Assembly (NCBI GenBank): GCA_965645245.1
Contig: OZ287068.1
Span: 2,356,001 to 2,420,000, forward strand
DNA from: Massalongia carnosa
Lineage: Eukaryota
Direction of reading: 5' to 3'
DNA length: 64,000 bases
In this document: positions 1-15,500 of the stretch, piece by piece
How positions within the stretch are numbered: position 1 is the first letter of the stretch
Layout: each line of letters opens with the position of its first letter
Program-made: the position numbers and the translations under genes
Notes under the pieces: generated by a model
Databases searched by the model: none
Told to the model about the DNA's origin: nothing
The model's input: the letters and a program-made list of their open reading frames with translations, nothing else

Positions 1-555
1 GCAGTTCAAGTCGCTGCGCGACGCGACATTCAAGAACCTCAGATTCCTGAACCTGTGGCCGAAGCGCCTGCCCCACCACCAGAACCGGCTCCTCTCCAGC
101 CTCGGCTATTGCGCCGCGTCCTACCGTTGATGCAGCCTAATGTTCTACCAGTGCCTGACTATAACCTAGGCGAGCTTCCTTTGGTTGAAGCTCCTCCAGA
201 GCAAGCTCCCCCGCCACCAATACAAGCCCAATTTGCACTACGCCCACTTCGTCAAGTCGTGACTCCACCTCCTGAAGCAGCTCTACTTGTGGAAGAGGTC
301 CCGCTCGTGAATCAATTCCCCTCCAGACCACCCTCTCCAGAGCCAGCATTCGAGATTCCAAACGGCTTAGCATCGAATATCCTCCAAATCATGAACTCGT
401 TACGCGAGAATCACGTCTGCACGCACGAGCGCTGGCAATACATTGCTGGTCCTCATCAATGCGAGGAATGCTTCCATAACCTGCCTCAATATATCTTCGA
501 ATGCCGTCAGTGCAATATCCTGGCTTGTTGGAGGTGTAGACGAAATCGGCTGTAG
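1..555 (+). CDS. 3' end of a probable IBR-domain (RBR-type E3 ubiquitin ligase) protein; 5' part lies outside the window
   Basis: Frame is open from base 1. A Pro-rich linker precedes the Cys-rich tail CTHERW..CEEC..FECRQC..CWRCRRNRL, typical of fungal IBR-finger proteins. Confidence 0.65.
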   Translation, partial: AVQVAARRDIQEPQIPEPVAEAPAPPPEPAPLQPRLLRRVLPLMQPNVLPVPDYNLGELPLVEAPPEQAPPPPIQAQFALRPLRQVVTPPPEAALLVEEVPLVNQFPSRPPSPEPAFEIPNGLASNILQIMNSLRENHVCTHERWQYIAGPHQCEECFHNLPQYIFECRQCNILACWRCRRNRL

Positions 556-1388
556 AAGAAGGGAAGAGGCGGGTTAGGAGGAGAGTATTTCGCATTTACA
601 TTAATGGTTGTGGGGCTGGGGAGAGTGGAAGGTGAGCTCCTGGGTTTCACTGTGGAGGGAGATATGAACGTAAGGGTGAAGACAACGGCTAGTTCTAGTC
701 ATTGGTAAGCATTGCTGGAAGAGGAACCGTAAATACTTGACAAGCCCCGCTGAACCACGCATTACTTGTGCTCTGCGATTCTTTACTCATTCACCAACCT
801 GGAGCGGCCCAACCACCAGTTTGTTTTGCACGGTCTCTCACCCTGGAGCAGCTATGACCATCGTGATATTCTGCACATTTTTGCTTCTCAATGCCTGTCG
901 GGGCAGTGGAAACCTTTCAGCCCGTTGACAGAAATTGTAGGTCTACGTTCATGGGTATGCACGGTAGATGAAGTATTCGGAGAAGATCTAATATACTACA
1001 AAATTGATCGCTGTCATGCTCTGAGATCGACTTTCTATTTTTTACAGTCTGAATTAGAAAAATCTCCGAAGGTGTCACATGACAGGATGATGGTTTCGCG
1101 TTAAGCCAGCTAATCATCATGTGACTTCACGATCCTTGAGCAGACGCGACCAACATCCCGTGCATTGCCACTTTCGGATCCTGGAATAACATTTGCATAA
1201 GTGAAAATCCCATCATGACATCAGACTCATGTCGTCACCGAGTGTTGACGACTTCCTGGAACTTGGACCCCTCTTTTTTCAATCCATCCTCCAACTATCG
1301 GCTGTGCATACCTGTATGAATTGTATCCCACTTCTATGCTAAGTCCTGCTAACTCTACCAGATCAACTTCCTGCCGCAGTACAAAACA

Positions 1389-2743
1389 ATGCCGCATAAT
1401 ATCTGCATCACCGCAGTCGATGGCCATACTGGCAACGCTATCGCGGAGCTTTTGCTCACCAACCGAGATTTCTCCAAAAACGTCAAAAATGTTATTGGCC
1501 TGGCCCTGAAGCCGAATAGCCCAGACTGCAAGGAGATTGCTAAGCTTGGCGCGAAAATTGTTCACCACAAACCAGGGAGAGTTCGCGAGATGGTTGCCAC
1601 GCTAAAGGACATCGAGGCTGATACGATTTGTGTTATCCCTCCTGTCCACAAGGACAAATACGACATTACGGTGGAGCTGGTCGAGGCGGTGGAGAAGGCC
1701 GGAATCCCCAATGTATGCCTTCTGAGCTCAGCTGGATGTGACTTGGCGGATGGAAAGAAGCAGCCTAGGTTGCGCGAGTTCATCAAGATTGAAGAGCTCG
1801 TGATGCGCGCCAAGGGGGATCCTAAGAGCAAGGGGGGGATGTCTCCTGTTATCATTCGGTAATACAATCCACCATAGGGATAATGCACGTCTACGAATAT
1901 AGCTAATTTGTGATCAGAGCAGGATTCTACGCGGAGAACCTTCTCTTGTATGCTCCTCAGGCACAGCATGACAAAATCCTACCGCTTCCTACTGGCATGC
2001 ATAACAAGCTTGCTCCTATCGCCCTTGGAGTGAGTTGAAAGTCCTATATAGTTTCATATCTGCTTACGTCTCTAGGACGTGGCTCAAGTTGCTGCTCATG
2101 TGCTTTCCGGAGAAGGCAAGAATGGGTTTGACGATAAAGTTCGAGGACAGCTCATTGTTCTTACAGGTAAGCCATGTTTTATGTCGTCCAACCCTGACCT
2201 ATATGAATACCATCATCATCAAGTCTAGGAAATGAAGCGTATTATTCAAATCCCCCTCTACAGTTTAACAAATATTTTCGCATATCTTACCCATAATCAA
2301 GTGTGCTCGCTAACACCTGCCACAGGACCAATTCTCGTAACCGGCGAAGAAATCGCCGCAAATGCCAGCTCAGCTTTGGGCATCGACTTGAAATTTGAAG
2401 ATATCTCCGAGTGTGTCCCCTCTCTCTTCTCCTACCCCCCCCCCTCCCCCCCGCTGCTTCCCGCTCACTCTTTCTCTCCTCCAGAGCCGAAGCCAAGCGT
2501 GTCCTCAAGTCCTCTTCCGACCCTGACGACGCCGAAAAGCATTACCTCCTCGAATACTACGCTCTCGTGCGTGCCGGCAAGACCAATTACATCTCCACGC
2601 TCGCCTTCCACGACATCACGGGCTCCCACCCGCAGGGGCTGCCGGAGTTCTTTAAGGCCTACGCCGCCGAGTTCCGCCCCGCGCACCAGCAGCAATCGCA
2701 TGGGAGCAAGAAGCGGAAGCTGGTGGATGGGAAGGCTTCCTGA
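1389..2743 (+). CDS. NAD(P)-binding Rossmann-fold / NmrA-like protein, 5 exons
   Basis: N-terminal ICITAVDGHTG. Exons join via GT..AG introns at about 1859-1917, 2030-2076, 2168-2326 and 2412-2483, giving AGFYAENLLLY, PIALGDVAQVAA, LTGP, FEDISEAEAK and LLEYYALVR. Confidence 0.8.
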
Positions 2744-3527
2744 GTGAGGTCTTGGGTTTTTGTGCAGTTCTTGCCAAAGGGCAGAGGTGGAGTTAGGTTG
2801 GAGCTGATTGGATGGCGAGTTTTGCATCTGCCAGTCAAAAGCCATGTCTGTACTGAACATGTATTACAGAAAAAATGTGTGGATTTGGGATTTCTGAACA
2901 GCTCGCTACGGACGATGTAGGTAGTAGCGTGTCAAAACAAAATAAGATTAAAAAAATATTTCATACCTACAGCTCGAAACGCATTTAATTTCCCCCCCTT
3001 CCTCGCTGTGATAATATTTCGTTCTTTATTTTCCTTTGCTCTAGGATTTTGCCTGGTCTGGTGTTGGACATTTGCTTAGTATGAAATGTCATTAGCGAGT
3101 AAATCCCTAGGTTACTTGAATACTTTATCGTTCCATCGTTTTTTCCCATTCTTCTTTCCGGCCATAATTTCATTTCCTTGTTCTCCGCCATACATCATAT
3201 TGTTAGTATTACTATTATTGTTATTAGGGACCCGCTAACTATCCGTACACCCCCATGTCCCATCGTCCATTCCAGTCACCCACTCCTCCATGATCGGGCT
3301 TTGAGCAAGCAAGGCAGGCAGTCTGATAAAGGGGAGGGAGAGGTTGGAGAAAGGGAGGGTTCATCGCTTACTTTTTCTCTTCATTCGGTTGCTTTTAAGG
3401 GCTGATGCGCGTTGCATGACATCGCGCCGAAAGGCAACCTGCTCCCGGATAAACAGCCAGGTTCACGTCCTTGAAGTATTAATTTAAACCCATTCAATCG
3501 TTCCAATATCCGCTCCAACAGATCCAG

Positions 3528-6500
3528 TCATATCCCTTCCAACCCAACCCTCAATTCCTCTAGCAACTCCTCCATGTACTGCACCCCCCGTAAACTCTCC
3601 GGGAACCAGATCCCGACGTCTAGCGCCCCATCGTGCCGGATTGCAGCTTCGACATCGACACTTTCCTGTGTGGAAGGTTGTGTTAGAAGGGGTCTGTGGC
3701 TTTTTATTTTATTTTAAACTAGGGGCTTGGCTTGGGGGAGGTGGTTGTTGATGGTCGGTATCGTTGGGGGGAACAAGACAGAGAAGAATGCTTACCCTGT
3801 ACACATCCGCTACAGCGTTCCGAGCCCTCTGCTCCGCTAAACCAATTAAATTGCCCCCGCCCACACTCCCAGTCTCAGCGTTCCCCCCAAAATAATCTCC
3901 TTCTATCCCGGTATCCTTTACCTCGACCCATCCATCCTCCCGCACATTAACCCCTTCCCCTTTTCCTGGAAGTGTCAAGAAATTGACAAAACAATCCACC
4001 CTCACGCCCGTCCAATCGTCCACCTCCCAAAGCCCCACCCCGGTTGCCTGCATGCTGGCAACAGCATGAAGATCCCGCTGCACCTGTGTCGCCGAATCTA
4101 TGAGGGATGTGTTAGTGGCTACGAGGATGCGGAGCGGAACAAAGTTTACGGTCGGCGCGGTGAGGGTGGGAAGGCCGTTAAGCGGGAGGGAGCGGTTTGC
4201 GAGGTAGATGCCAAGGATAAGGTCGAAGACCGCGGGAAGACCGAGACGGGGGAGGAGACTTGCGTGAACACGAGCGTAAGCGGCGAAGAAAAGAGCCTGA
4301 ATGCTGATGTTGTGGCGCTTGGATGCCGCGAGGAGTTTTTCAGTCGAAGGGAGGAGGTTAGGTGCGAACTGGGATTTCCTCGCATATTTGGATGGTTTGA
4401 ACGCGGGCGGGAGGAGAGAGTTGTCGGCTTTGTCGAGGTAGGTGGACCAGAACTCTTTTCGCAGCCTTCGATGGGGCTCGGTAAAGGTTTGAGCAAGGAA
4501 GTCTTCAAACTGGAGTTCTGTTGAAAAGGTTGCGCGAGGATCTTGGTAAAGGGCTTGAAGCTGTTGGACAAGAATGTCTAGGCTAACACCATCGTAAAGA
4601 GCGTGGTGAATATTAAGAAAGATATTGGTGTTTTCCCGACCATTGACAGTATCTGCCTTGGTAGGTAAAACAGCCAATGAGACCAGAGGCTTGTCAAGTT
4701 CCAAGCTCGTGTCTAGCTCAAATGGAAATTCTGACAGCCAAATAACAGGGTTTAGATTTTCCTTGAGTATTACTTGGAGGAATGGGACTTTTCGATCTCC
4801 AGTAGGAGCAAACGCAGTCCTCAGTATAGGTGATTTCTCGCATAGAACCTCCCATGCTTTGGTTAGTCGTACCTCGTCCAGACGCCTGGGGGTCTCATAA
4901 TGGAATCTCGAATGGAAAAGGCGTCCTCCACTATTCTGCCAAATAGACAACATATAGACTTGGCCTGGACTGCAGGGTAGAACTTTTTCGATTTTGTCCG
5001 CATTAATTCCCGCATTTTGTGTAAGCTCAACACCCTGAAGATGAGCAAGCTGCTCGAGTAGAATGCCCTTGCTATCCTGCGTTGCTATAATGGACTCTAT
5101 AGCTTTCTCGCCTACTACTAAGGCCATTTCAGTAATCGTTGACGCTTTAAGCATCTCGCTAACACTAAGGTTTACAGAACTCTTTCGCAGAATGGAAGAC
5201 ACCTTAATTGTACTGATAGAATCCAGCCCGAGACTGAACATAGTCTGATCCTTTCTTATCTCCGTTTCCGGAATATGCGATACATCGGAGAGTACCTTTC
5301 TTATTGCAAGCTCAGTCTTGTTCCATTGGACCCAATCCTCAGGGGTACGTGCGGGACTAGGATGATCCAGATGAGTAGTTTCCCGATCAAGATGGAAAGC
5401 TTGCAGTCCACAGATAGCTATACCTTCGCCTGTCATTTCAACTGTTGTGTCTCTCGGTGATTGAATAACATGCCGAAGAATATACTCGAGCCTCTCCAGA
5501 AGATTCTCCGTACCGCATCTATCCAAAACCAAGTCATTGCAGGCGGTTCGCCAAAGAAGGGTATCTTCTCCAAGCTCCAACTCAACGCAAACGGAAAACT
5601 ATTATTACAGTTAGCAGATTATCTACATAAGATGATGCTACTTACTTCTACATTAGAGTCACCACCGATAGATGTGTAAAGGCTCCCGCCTGCGATCGCC
5701 GATAGTGGACGCTTTTGCAAAATGAATAGTGAGTCAAAAAGCTTACTGTCGCTCTTCCTGGCTGCTGCAAGGACTTTCCGCAGTGGGAAATGCTGGAACT
5801 GTGTAGCATTGGCACAGCTATCCTGCATGTCCTGTAGCATCTGTTTGGCAGATCCATGAATCACTGATCGCACCACCACCGTGTTCATCGTTGGAAACAT
5901 AAGTTGACTAGATTCTTCTGTATCTCGTCCGGAAAGAACGACCCCAAAAACGACTTCAAGACTCTTCATATATGAGCCAAGCACTAAAGCCCAACAAGTT
6001 TGCCCAAGAGCTTGAGCTGTAATTCCTTGACGCCTCAAAAAAATTTTCATAGCTGAAGCGGAAATGGACGAGTTTTTCTGTAAACGATGTACCTGCAAAT
6101 AAAATTCAGAGGCACCAGGACGTTGTGGGAACGAACAGCTTCTAGCTCCAGATATGTAGTTTGTCCAATAAGAAGATGCTTCAGAGCCTGACGAGTTTAG
6201 GATATGCTCCAAGGCTTGTCGATATGATGAGCGGGGAGAAAAACTACCATTATAAGCCGCATGAACGTCACTGTGCAGAAGAGTTAAGGACCAGCCATCG
6301 TACAACGCATGAGATAAGGAGAGAACCATGTGAGTCCTGTCTTTGCCACGAACAAAAGTCAGGGCGAATGGAACATCATTGACTGCTTTTGCTTTATCCT
6401 GCTCAATCAGTTCTCGTAAAGTTATGTTAAAATCCTCATTTGGGCCAGCCTCTACGCTACGTAACCATGATGAACCTGGATGATGGACAACTTGGGCATA

Positions 6501-9500
6501 TGACATCGGAAGACTTGGGTCATCGACCTTGAGAAAAGAGGTGCGAAGGATGGGTGAGTGTTCCACAACAGATATCCAGGCCAGCTTCAATTTCTCAGGA
6601 TCCGTATATAGCTCAAGCACCAGCAAATCATGATTGAAATATCGAGAATATTTCGATATCGACATTCCCGCAATCATGGCTTCTTGAAGAGGCGTAGGCG
6701 GGAGAACTGCTTCAATTGTACTGGATGGAAACCCGTTACTTTGAAGATAACCTCGCAACTTTCCTTCATATTCGTCAAGATGGATTTTTGAGCCCTCAAT
6801 GGCATTTTTCGCTACTTTGGAGGCAAGTTGAGTCATCTGTGTCAAGTACGGGTTGCGCATAATCATACTGACAGACAAATTGATACCGCGGCGCTTGAGC
6901 CTGGATGATAACTTGACCGCATCGATGCTATCAAGCCCAAGCGCAAAGATTGATATCTGTGGAGTGAGCACGGAAGGGGCGCACTCTGCCAGCATCACAA
7001 TTTCATCTCTAATAGTACAAGCGTCAATAGTCCACGGGATGTCAGTGTTTTCTCCTAGTACGATAGGGGTATTCCCTTCATCGGGCCGGCCACTAAGCTC
7101 TTGAGGGGCAACATTAGCGTCATGTAATTCTATCTTTATGTTTAGAGGGGGCTTAGAAGCATCTGTTGCAATTTCCGACCACGCGGCTCTGAAATCTTCC
7201 AGCATGTTCAACAAATTTTCCTCATCTGATATACTGTCCTGGGCAACAATTGTAAGACTTAAAGTTTCTTCATTCTCTGAAAGTAGAGCCTCAAATGACA
7301 GAGCATACTAAGCTTATTAGCAACTCCCCGATAGTCTGGATCAGGCTTTGCTTACATCTGCATGAGGCGCTGTCTCAACTTGTCTCCAAAGCTTATCAGA
7401 ATCAATATAGCTTCCAGAAATCTTTTGCTGAAACACAAACAATGTTTCGACTATAGGGTTTTCTGACGATCTTTGGCACCACTTCGTGATTTCTCGCAAC
7501 GAACAATGCTGAAATGGTAGTGCTGTTACATTGAATTCATGACAGCGTTCTATTACATCTGACCATGATTTGCACCCTTCGATTTTAGGACAAAAGGGGA
7601 TAGTGTTAAATAACGGCCCCATCACCAGTTCAATGTCCTCAAAATCAATAGCCCTGCCTGAGACTATCATTCCGAAAGTATTTTGTAAAGGAAAATTTTT
7701 TCGAAGAATCATGATCCACGCTGCCTGAATGAGTGATTGATGTGTGGTATTATGATACCGTCGGATTTCGTTGATTGACAGGAGCGGAATTTCGGAGGTA
7801 GCCGAACTAGTACCTCGAGAATCTGAACCTGTAAGAGCCAGCTTAGGTTGGGAGATAACACTCTTGAGGCTTTGCGCCCAAAATTCCCTGGCTCCCTCTA
7901 CTTCGCAAAGTGGACCAAAAGGTAAAGCCTCCATAAATGGAGGTCCATATTTTACATTTGCTGCACAATGGTAGACAAGAGAAACCTTTTCCAGTATTAG
8001 GGGCAGGCTAAGACCGTCGTAGAGAGCATGGAAGATATGTAAGTACATCGAATTTCTTGTACCACAACGAAGGATAAGAATTTCAAACATTCGTCCATTG
8101 AGTTCCCGGTTTTCATTCCACCAACGGTCGTGCCGATGGGCTTTGAAAGCATCTAGTTTTTCTTCAGCCACAAAATCTTTCTCGTGCCACGAGAGCTCGA
8201 TGTTCTTGCAAACAACCTGGGCGTATCCATCTACAGTGGGGCAAAACCGTGTACGAAGTATTTGCGTTGAGTCTACAACTTTTGTCCAAGCACTCTTAAG
8301 CTGAGCTATGTCGGCCTCTGGCGCTAGCTCAAAGGTAAAGTTTTCAAAATAAAGAGGAGTATTACTGCTAAGAGAGCGAGAGATAATACCTTCTTGAAGT
8401 GGGGTGCAAGGAGCAAAGCCTTCGACGCTATCGATCGATATTTCTAGAACCCGGCACACCGGAGAGAGATGCCGAAGACGAAAAGCCTCAATGTTTTGTC
8501 GCGCCTGCAACCGAGCAGCCGACTGGGAATCACGCTTTAGGGGTGATCCCGCAAGGGCTTTGGCAAGCTGACTGACGACAGGATCTAATTTCATTATGAG
8601 TTGCAACTCCCCATACTTTAGGTATTACATACTTTGCATGATAATTGGGATTTGAGCGTTAGCAAACCCTTCATGTTTTAGAGCGCGTGCAAAATTGATA
8701 ATCGATATTGAATCCAGACCCAACCTAAAAATACTTGAGCTTCGCATAATTAAATCAGCATTTATACCGGTAGCATCGGTCAAAAGCGCAACTATTCGCC
8801 TCTCGGTATCGGACCAAGCACTTTGGGATTCGTATGGCGATATCGTGAGGCTTTGCAACTCCGAAGCTGATATCCTATTATAGAAAGCCTTCAGTTGATT
8901 CGACTCGACTTTGTTATTTGATGATAACGGAATGCGGTTAACAGGTATGAAGTGCGTTGGAATCATGTAGGGTGGAAGTTTTTCTTGACAAGCCTCCTTT
9001 ACGCCTAGTGCTATCTCGCAGGGTTCGTCTCCTTTCAGTAAACATAATGTGCTTCCGCGTTCTTTGGCAGAAGAAGGCTCAAAAAAGGATACTAGCTGCA
9101 TTCTCCCAGATTTGACATGCTTAATCACTAAGGTTGCCACATCTCGGATGCTCTTAACCCCTTTTTTTATGACTTGATTGATCTCCGCTATTTCGAGCCG
9201 CTGCCCTCGGAGCTTCACCTGATCGTCAGCCCTACCAATGAAATCAAATGTGCCATCGTATTGAATGCGGACAAGATCCCCAGTTCGATAGACTCGCTCA
9301 CCATACTCCTCAAGGTATGGGAATTTTTGTTTGTTGAGATCATCTCGATTTAGATAGCCCGGACTGACAAGTTTTCCCGCAATGCACAGCTCACCTACCG
9401 CTCCCCGGAGAACTGGGGAAGTCGTACCATCACGAAAGATGTAGGTGCCTACATTATCAAACTGCCATCCAATGTTGGAAGGCTTACCGTTCTTGGGAAC

Positions 9501-12500
9501 CCGTGGGAACATTGTGTTGCCGATCGTGGTTTCGGTTGGGCCATACCTAAGAAATCAGCTACCAGAACAGTCTTCTTGCGATTTGCCCCAAGCGAAGACT
9601 TACCCATTATAAATACACTCTTTAGGGCCCCATAGATCTATGATTTCTTGCTGCAATTGCTCCCCTCCAGTAATAAAAACGCCCTTCCATAATGAAGGCA
9701 CATCATTTGGATGTAGCGTCCTTGCAAGACTCGGGGTAAGATCAAGATGCGTAATACCCAGGACACGGATGGCGCCAGCAATGTCTTCGAAAATTAAATC
9801 ACGAGGCGCAGACGTGACACAGATTCCGACGCTCCAACTCCAAAACTGCTCCAAAATGCTAACATCAAAGTGAAACGAAGCAAACTGAAGCCATCGCGAA
9901 TCGGCGACCCACCGGTCACGGAAGAGTCGCTGGAAAGCCAGGATAGCCTGGACAGCATTCTCGTGACTAATGAGACATGCTTTAGGTGTACCAGATGTAC
10001 CTGACGTGTAAAGGCAGTAGCAAAGATCACTTCCACTAAGGACTTCCGCTAGGCCCCGTGACTCTTTTGAAAGCGACTGTTTTTTGAATAAGTTTATGTC
10101 ATCTAAAGCTATTACTGGAACCTGGAGCTGCCCTTCTAAAGTTTTTGCTGTATCCTTTGCCGCTAGGACCAGTGAAGACTTTGAGTCATCAACAATAAAC
10201 CGTTGGCGGTCAATTGGCGCATCAGGATCTATCGCAACAAAAGCACAGCCCGCCTTTAAAACACCAAGAGTTGCAAAGGATGCCTCTGGGCATTTCCTGA
10301 AGCAGATTGCAATCATACTACGAGGTTCTATTCTCATCTGATCCAGAAGATGCGCTACCTTGTTTCCCTCGACGTCTAGTTCGTGGTAGGTCCATTGAAG
10401 CCTACTCCTTCTATCGGTCGTAAGGCTAGTTGCGAATTCCAGTGCTACCTTTTGCGGCCGATGTATCGTTTGGCTTTCCACAAACTGATGCAGGAGAATC
10501 GTGCTGGAGGGAATAGAAGTTTGCTTAGCTGGAGTAATAGATAATAGATTCTTCGGGTATGATGTCATATCATAGCTGTTCTGGTCAGGGAAAGTGATGG
10601 TGTCAATTAACATCGATTCAAGTTGCTCGATCAGCATAGACGCCTGTCCTTGAGGAAGTATATCTTCTCTGGCTGCTAGACGCAGCTGAAGAACGCTTGC
10701 TCTAGATTGAACTGGAATGAGTTCAACAGAAATTGAGTACTAGCTTGCATGTCAGTAATGTTTATTCATACATGAACCATGAGCAAAATACTTCTGCGGT
10801 AGCTGTTTCATTTGCTACCAACCACGACCCACTGTCAGTAGTTTCATAACTAGACATATTCTGATAAGCAAATAAAGTATCGAAAAGAGGGCCATCGTTA
10901 TGATCAGTCCACCGCTGAATTTTAGAAACTGGGGTAAACTGATGCTTCAGGAGAGAGGATTGGTTTCTAGTTAAGCCGTCCAAAAGTTCTCGGTTACTAC
11001 CCTGAATATTGACACAAATGGGAAGAGTGACGACTGTGGGGAAAGCCGCAGGTTCCTCAAATTCAAGATTGCTACGGCCAGAGAGTACTATAACTTTCAG
11101 CAGTGTTGCTTCTGAATTAATCAACCATCATACCTGATCCAAATATGACGGTAGCCTCTCCTGTATAAATAGAAAGAATGCGCGCCCAAGAAGCTTGTCC
11201 GGCTGCTTGAACCGTTACATCTAAATCCTTGCATTTTCCCTGAATTTGCTCTAGCGAAAGTCTACAATCTTTCTGTATGGAATACATCTGGGTCGATTCC
11301 ACCCGAAGTGGCGTGGTACTGGGAAATCTTGTGACGGTAGCTCCCATCGTTGCTTGTTGCCAAAAGAGTTTTCTTTCATCCCCATCTGCTGAGCTTTCGA
11401 TCAAAATTGATTCCAGTAGGGGATTTATGGGAGTGCCTGGAGATAGGCTTTGACCTCGATAACTCTTCGCCAGGTCACTCAAAATAACTTTCAGGGAGAT
11501 TGCATCAAAAATTGCATGGAGCATGAAAAGGCGAATGGCCCAAACATTATTGCGTCTTCGGATGGCTATGAGACGCCAGGGTGGAAGATGAAGAGCAAGT
11601 AGAACAGACTTGCTGTTTAGTTGTATCTGGGCCTGTAACGCATTCTTGCCATGAGAGAGTTCCTCTTCTAATATTTCGAAATCAGAATCGAGTGAGTCCT
11701 TGTTATACGTCAACATTGCAAATGGGTGTTTTACATCGCTGATGGTGGAAAAGCCTGTACGAAGCAATTCATGCTTCTCAACTACCCTAACCCAAGATGT
11801 CCGTAATTTATTAAGGCTGTCATCATCTTCAGGCACTTCGAGCTCGATTGAGTTGAAATATCTTGACCCTTCAGAACTTAGAAAGGTGGCAAGCATGCCT
11901 GACTGGACAGGGGTACAAGGTCGCACCATTGCTAAGTCTAGCTTGTTGATACTGTGTCGAAGACATACCTCTCGTTTATACTTTCGATTGTACGAGTCAA
12001 AGTCAAATGAATCACAATCCTCATCTCTGACTCTAGTCTTTGCTTGTAGATGTAACGTTAGTTTTTCGATGGAAGGATGCTGCAAATGGTCAAAACGACG
12101 GAGTCATGAGGAGTTCGCTAAAAACGTACCTCCAGGATTTCGATTGGAGATACATTTCGACCCTTTGCCCTCAAGTTTGCTGCGATCTGAACGGCGCTGA
12201 TGCTATCCAAACCTAGACGGAATATAGTTGTTTGCAAACCAATATTATTTGGATTTTGCTGAGACAGCTTGGCGAGAATATCGAGCATCTCCTTTTGCTC
12301 ATTCGTCCAGTAACTCTTGGATGATTCTACATCGTTTTTCTCCACCGATATAGATAAATTTCTGTCATGAATATCGCTCGCCGCAACTGAAGCCCTTGTT
12401 GCTTTCTGAAGTAGAGATTTGTCCAGAAATCCATAATCTGAGACCAAGGCAGATGGAAATTGAATACATGCTTGCATGATAGCGTCTAGAGTCTCAAGAA

Positions 12501-15500
12501 TGCTTGACGTATATCCAGCTGATTCAAGATTACTTTAATTCTGTGTTAATCGCAGTATCACTTCTCTACTGATCGACTGCTATGCTTACCTTTGAGTGTG
12601 CAAAATAAACTGCAAAACGTTTTTGTCTTTCATAGGGATAATTTCGCACACTAAGGGAAACTGTGTAGAGTTAACAACATACTCTCAACTTGAAACTTAA
12701 AAAACTCACGTCTATAGCGCCAATATCCTTTCTCACAGTCCAAATATGATTTTCTCCGGAGACTTTCGGTTTTTGTAGTATGAAAAGGGTATCAAAAAGC
12801 CGCTCACGCTCAGTATTGTCCGCACCTCGAATACGACGTAAAGGGGTAAACTGAAACGGTGACGTGTCAAAGCTCTGCTGCTGTACATGCTTGATAAATT
12901 TGATGTTCGATATATTGGAGGTCAGCTGCAATCTAACGGGGATCGTGTTGAAGCAAGGAGCTACCAATCGTTCGATGCCATCCATGGGTAGAGAGCGACC
13001 ACTGACTACGTTGCCAAAGCAAACATCCTCAGTATTTAAATACAGTGAGAGTAATCGTGCCCAGCTTGCTTGGAAAAGTCCAAGCTGAGAAAGTGAGTGT
13101 TTCCTGCAGTAAGTTTCGATAAAGTTAAGGCTGGTCGAGGAGGACCGGCTTATCATGAAATTCCCTGGGCCTCTATCTCCAGGATCAACTGGCTTAAGAG
13201 ATAGATAGGGGAATAGCTTTGGTTTGTATGCAGCCAACTGCTTGTTCCAGAACAAATCCGCTTCTTCTAGATTAAGAGATAGTGCCAGCTGAAGAAAACC
13301 TTCAAATAGAATAGCCGATGGTGTGACATGAGAATCATAAGCCTTCTTGACTTCACCAAGCAGTAATTCTATAGCCTCTCCATCATACAGTGCATGATGC
13401 ATTGAAAAGAGAATAAATTTCTTGTTTGTGGACCGAAAAGCTGTGAAAGAGTATGGTGGGTCGAGTTCATCCAGAGTTTTCGTCACTAGATCAATTCGTC
13501 GGTCTAACGCAGAATCGAGATCCTCGTTCCCAACATTGACCGTAGCCCAATTCAGTGGGTGAGCAGAAAGTATTACTTGGGCATAGGAATATCGACCATT
13601 CCTCGTGGTTGTAAATGAGGTTCTCAGTATATCATGCTTAAGTACCATACTCTCCCATGCTTTTTGGAGCCTATCAAGATCACCATGGATTTCGAAAACA
13701 GTATGATTGTAGTAAGAATTGACCGATCTAGAGCCGACGGAGGCCAACATAGCTTCTTGTAGCGGAGTGCAAGGTAAAATCTTGTTGACATGTCTTCCTG
13801 TCTCGTCGAAGCGTTTCCGGATACTTTCCGTCTCCGAATGATCAAAAACGTCTCGAACAGCAATCCTAGACCTCTTGTCAGCAACAGACCTCTCAAATTC
13901 CTCAGTAAGCTTCTTGGCCAGTGTAAGAACTGTTGAGTGCCTCAAGATAATGGAAGCTTCTGCCATCTGGAAACCTTGCTCTCTCAGAGATTTCGCAAAC
14001 GATACCGCGGAGATAGAGTCTAAACCCAGACTGAAGAAAGACGTGCGGCGCCCAACGTCCTCCTGCGCGCATTTTATCGTAACGCAAAGAATGTTTGAAA
14101 TGTTCCGTTCAAGTTGAGACCATTCCTGGTCATTCAAATTATGTTCGAATGGTTGAGAAAATTGTTCAACGGAATCTCGGTCGAGTTTTGACAAAGCCTT
14201 GATAAGGCGACGTCGGTCTATTTTTCCTTGCGCGGTCATGGGAATATATGAAATAGGGACCAACAGGGATGGGATCATGTACGAAGGCAAAGAAGCTTCC
14301 AAATCCGAGAAGAGAGTCATAAATGTGGGGTTTGACACGTCTTGGATATCGAGAATTCGCCAATTCAAAGTTGAGCGACCTTTCGGGACCCAAAATGTCA
14401 AAAGTCTTTGGACAGTCGGTTTGATCTGATCGATAAAGGTGCATACATCAAGCACTCCTGGAGATTTGAGTAAGACGTTGTTAATCTCACCAAGCTCTAC
14501 GCGCTGTCCTCGGATTTTCACTTGGTCATCTTGCCTGCCAAAATATTCCAGAGCCCCATTCCACAGTATTCTGCCAAAGTCACCACTACGGTACAATCGA
14601 CCAAACCGTGGATGCTCGATAATTTTTTGAGCATTTAACACGGGCATGTTGAGGTATCCATGGAAAACTTGATCACCGCCAAAGCAGAACTCGCCGATTG
14701 CACCCCGTGGGGTTAGTGTAAGACTCTTAGCGCCTTGCATTACAAAAGCTGAAGTGTTAGGAAGTGGTGGGCCTATCTTGTTGATGGCATCGGACGAAGT
14801 GACCAGCGGCTGAAGGGTACAAATATTTGTCGTCTCACTTGGACCGTAGCCTGGAAAATTTGTGTTACTTAGTTCAGCTTTAATGTCCATTTGGACTCAC
14901 CTTGATATAAGCCTTTCCCTGACCAGTTATTAAAGACTTTGTCAGTCAAAGCCTCTCCAGCGGTGACTAAAAATTTTACTGCTGGAACGTTCCTCGGTTC
15001 AACAAGAGCAGCCACGGTAGGAGTTAAGCTCAGGTGGGTTATATTCATAGCCCGAATGGCGTTCTCCAAATCTCGAAATAGAACATCTTGAGTGGCCGAA
15101 CATAGGCACATGCCTGTGAACCATGCAAAAAATATCTCAAATACCGAAACTAGAAGTTTTTAGCGCCCTCATTATCGCAAAATCTGGTATGATGCCACTT
15201 ACCATCAAAGGCTTGTGAGCATGATTGCAGCAATCTGGAGCCTTCGGGTACAGGGTAAATATCCGCGAGCACGCGCAGGTTGCTAACTAAATTTCCTTGA
15301 GTAATTAGAACCCCTTTAGCAGCTCCTGTAGTACCAGAGGTAAACACCGCATACGCTGGATCTGAGGGCCGAATTACGCAGGTTGGATTAGAGGCTGGCA
15401 TACAATTCAGGTCAACTCGGTCCATGAATAGCAGCTTCACCGACGGGGGGAATGTAAGAAGAGTTTGCTTTTCCGATCTCGGTTCAGTCAAGCTTAAGCG

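Noticed and set aside
766..1104. 112-aa ORF
   Set aside because: Non-ATG start and no recognisable motif; cannot be supported as a gene.
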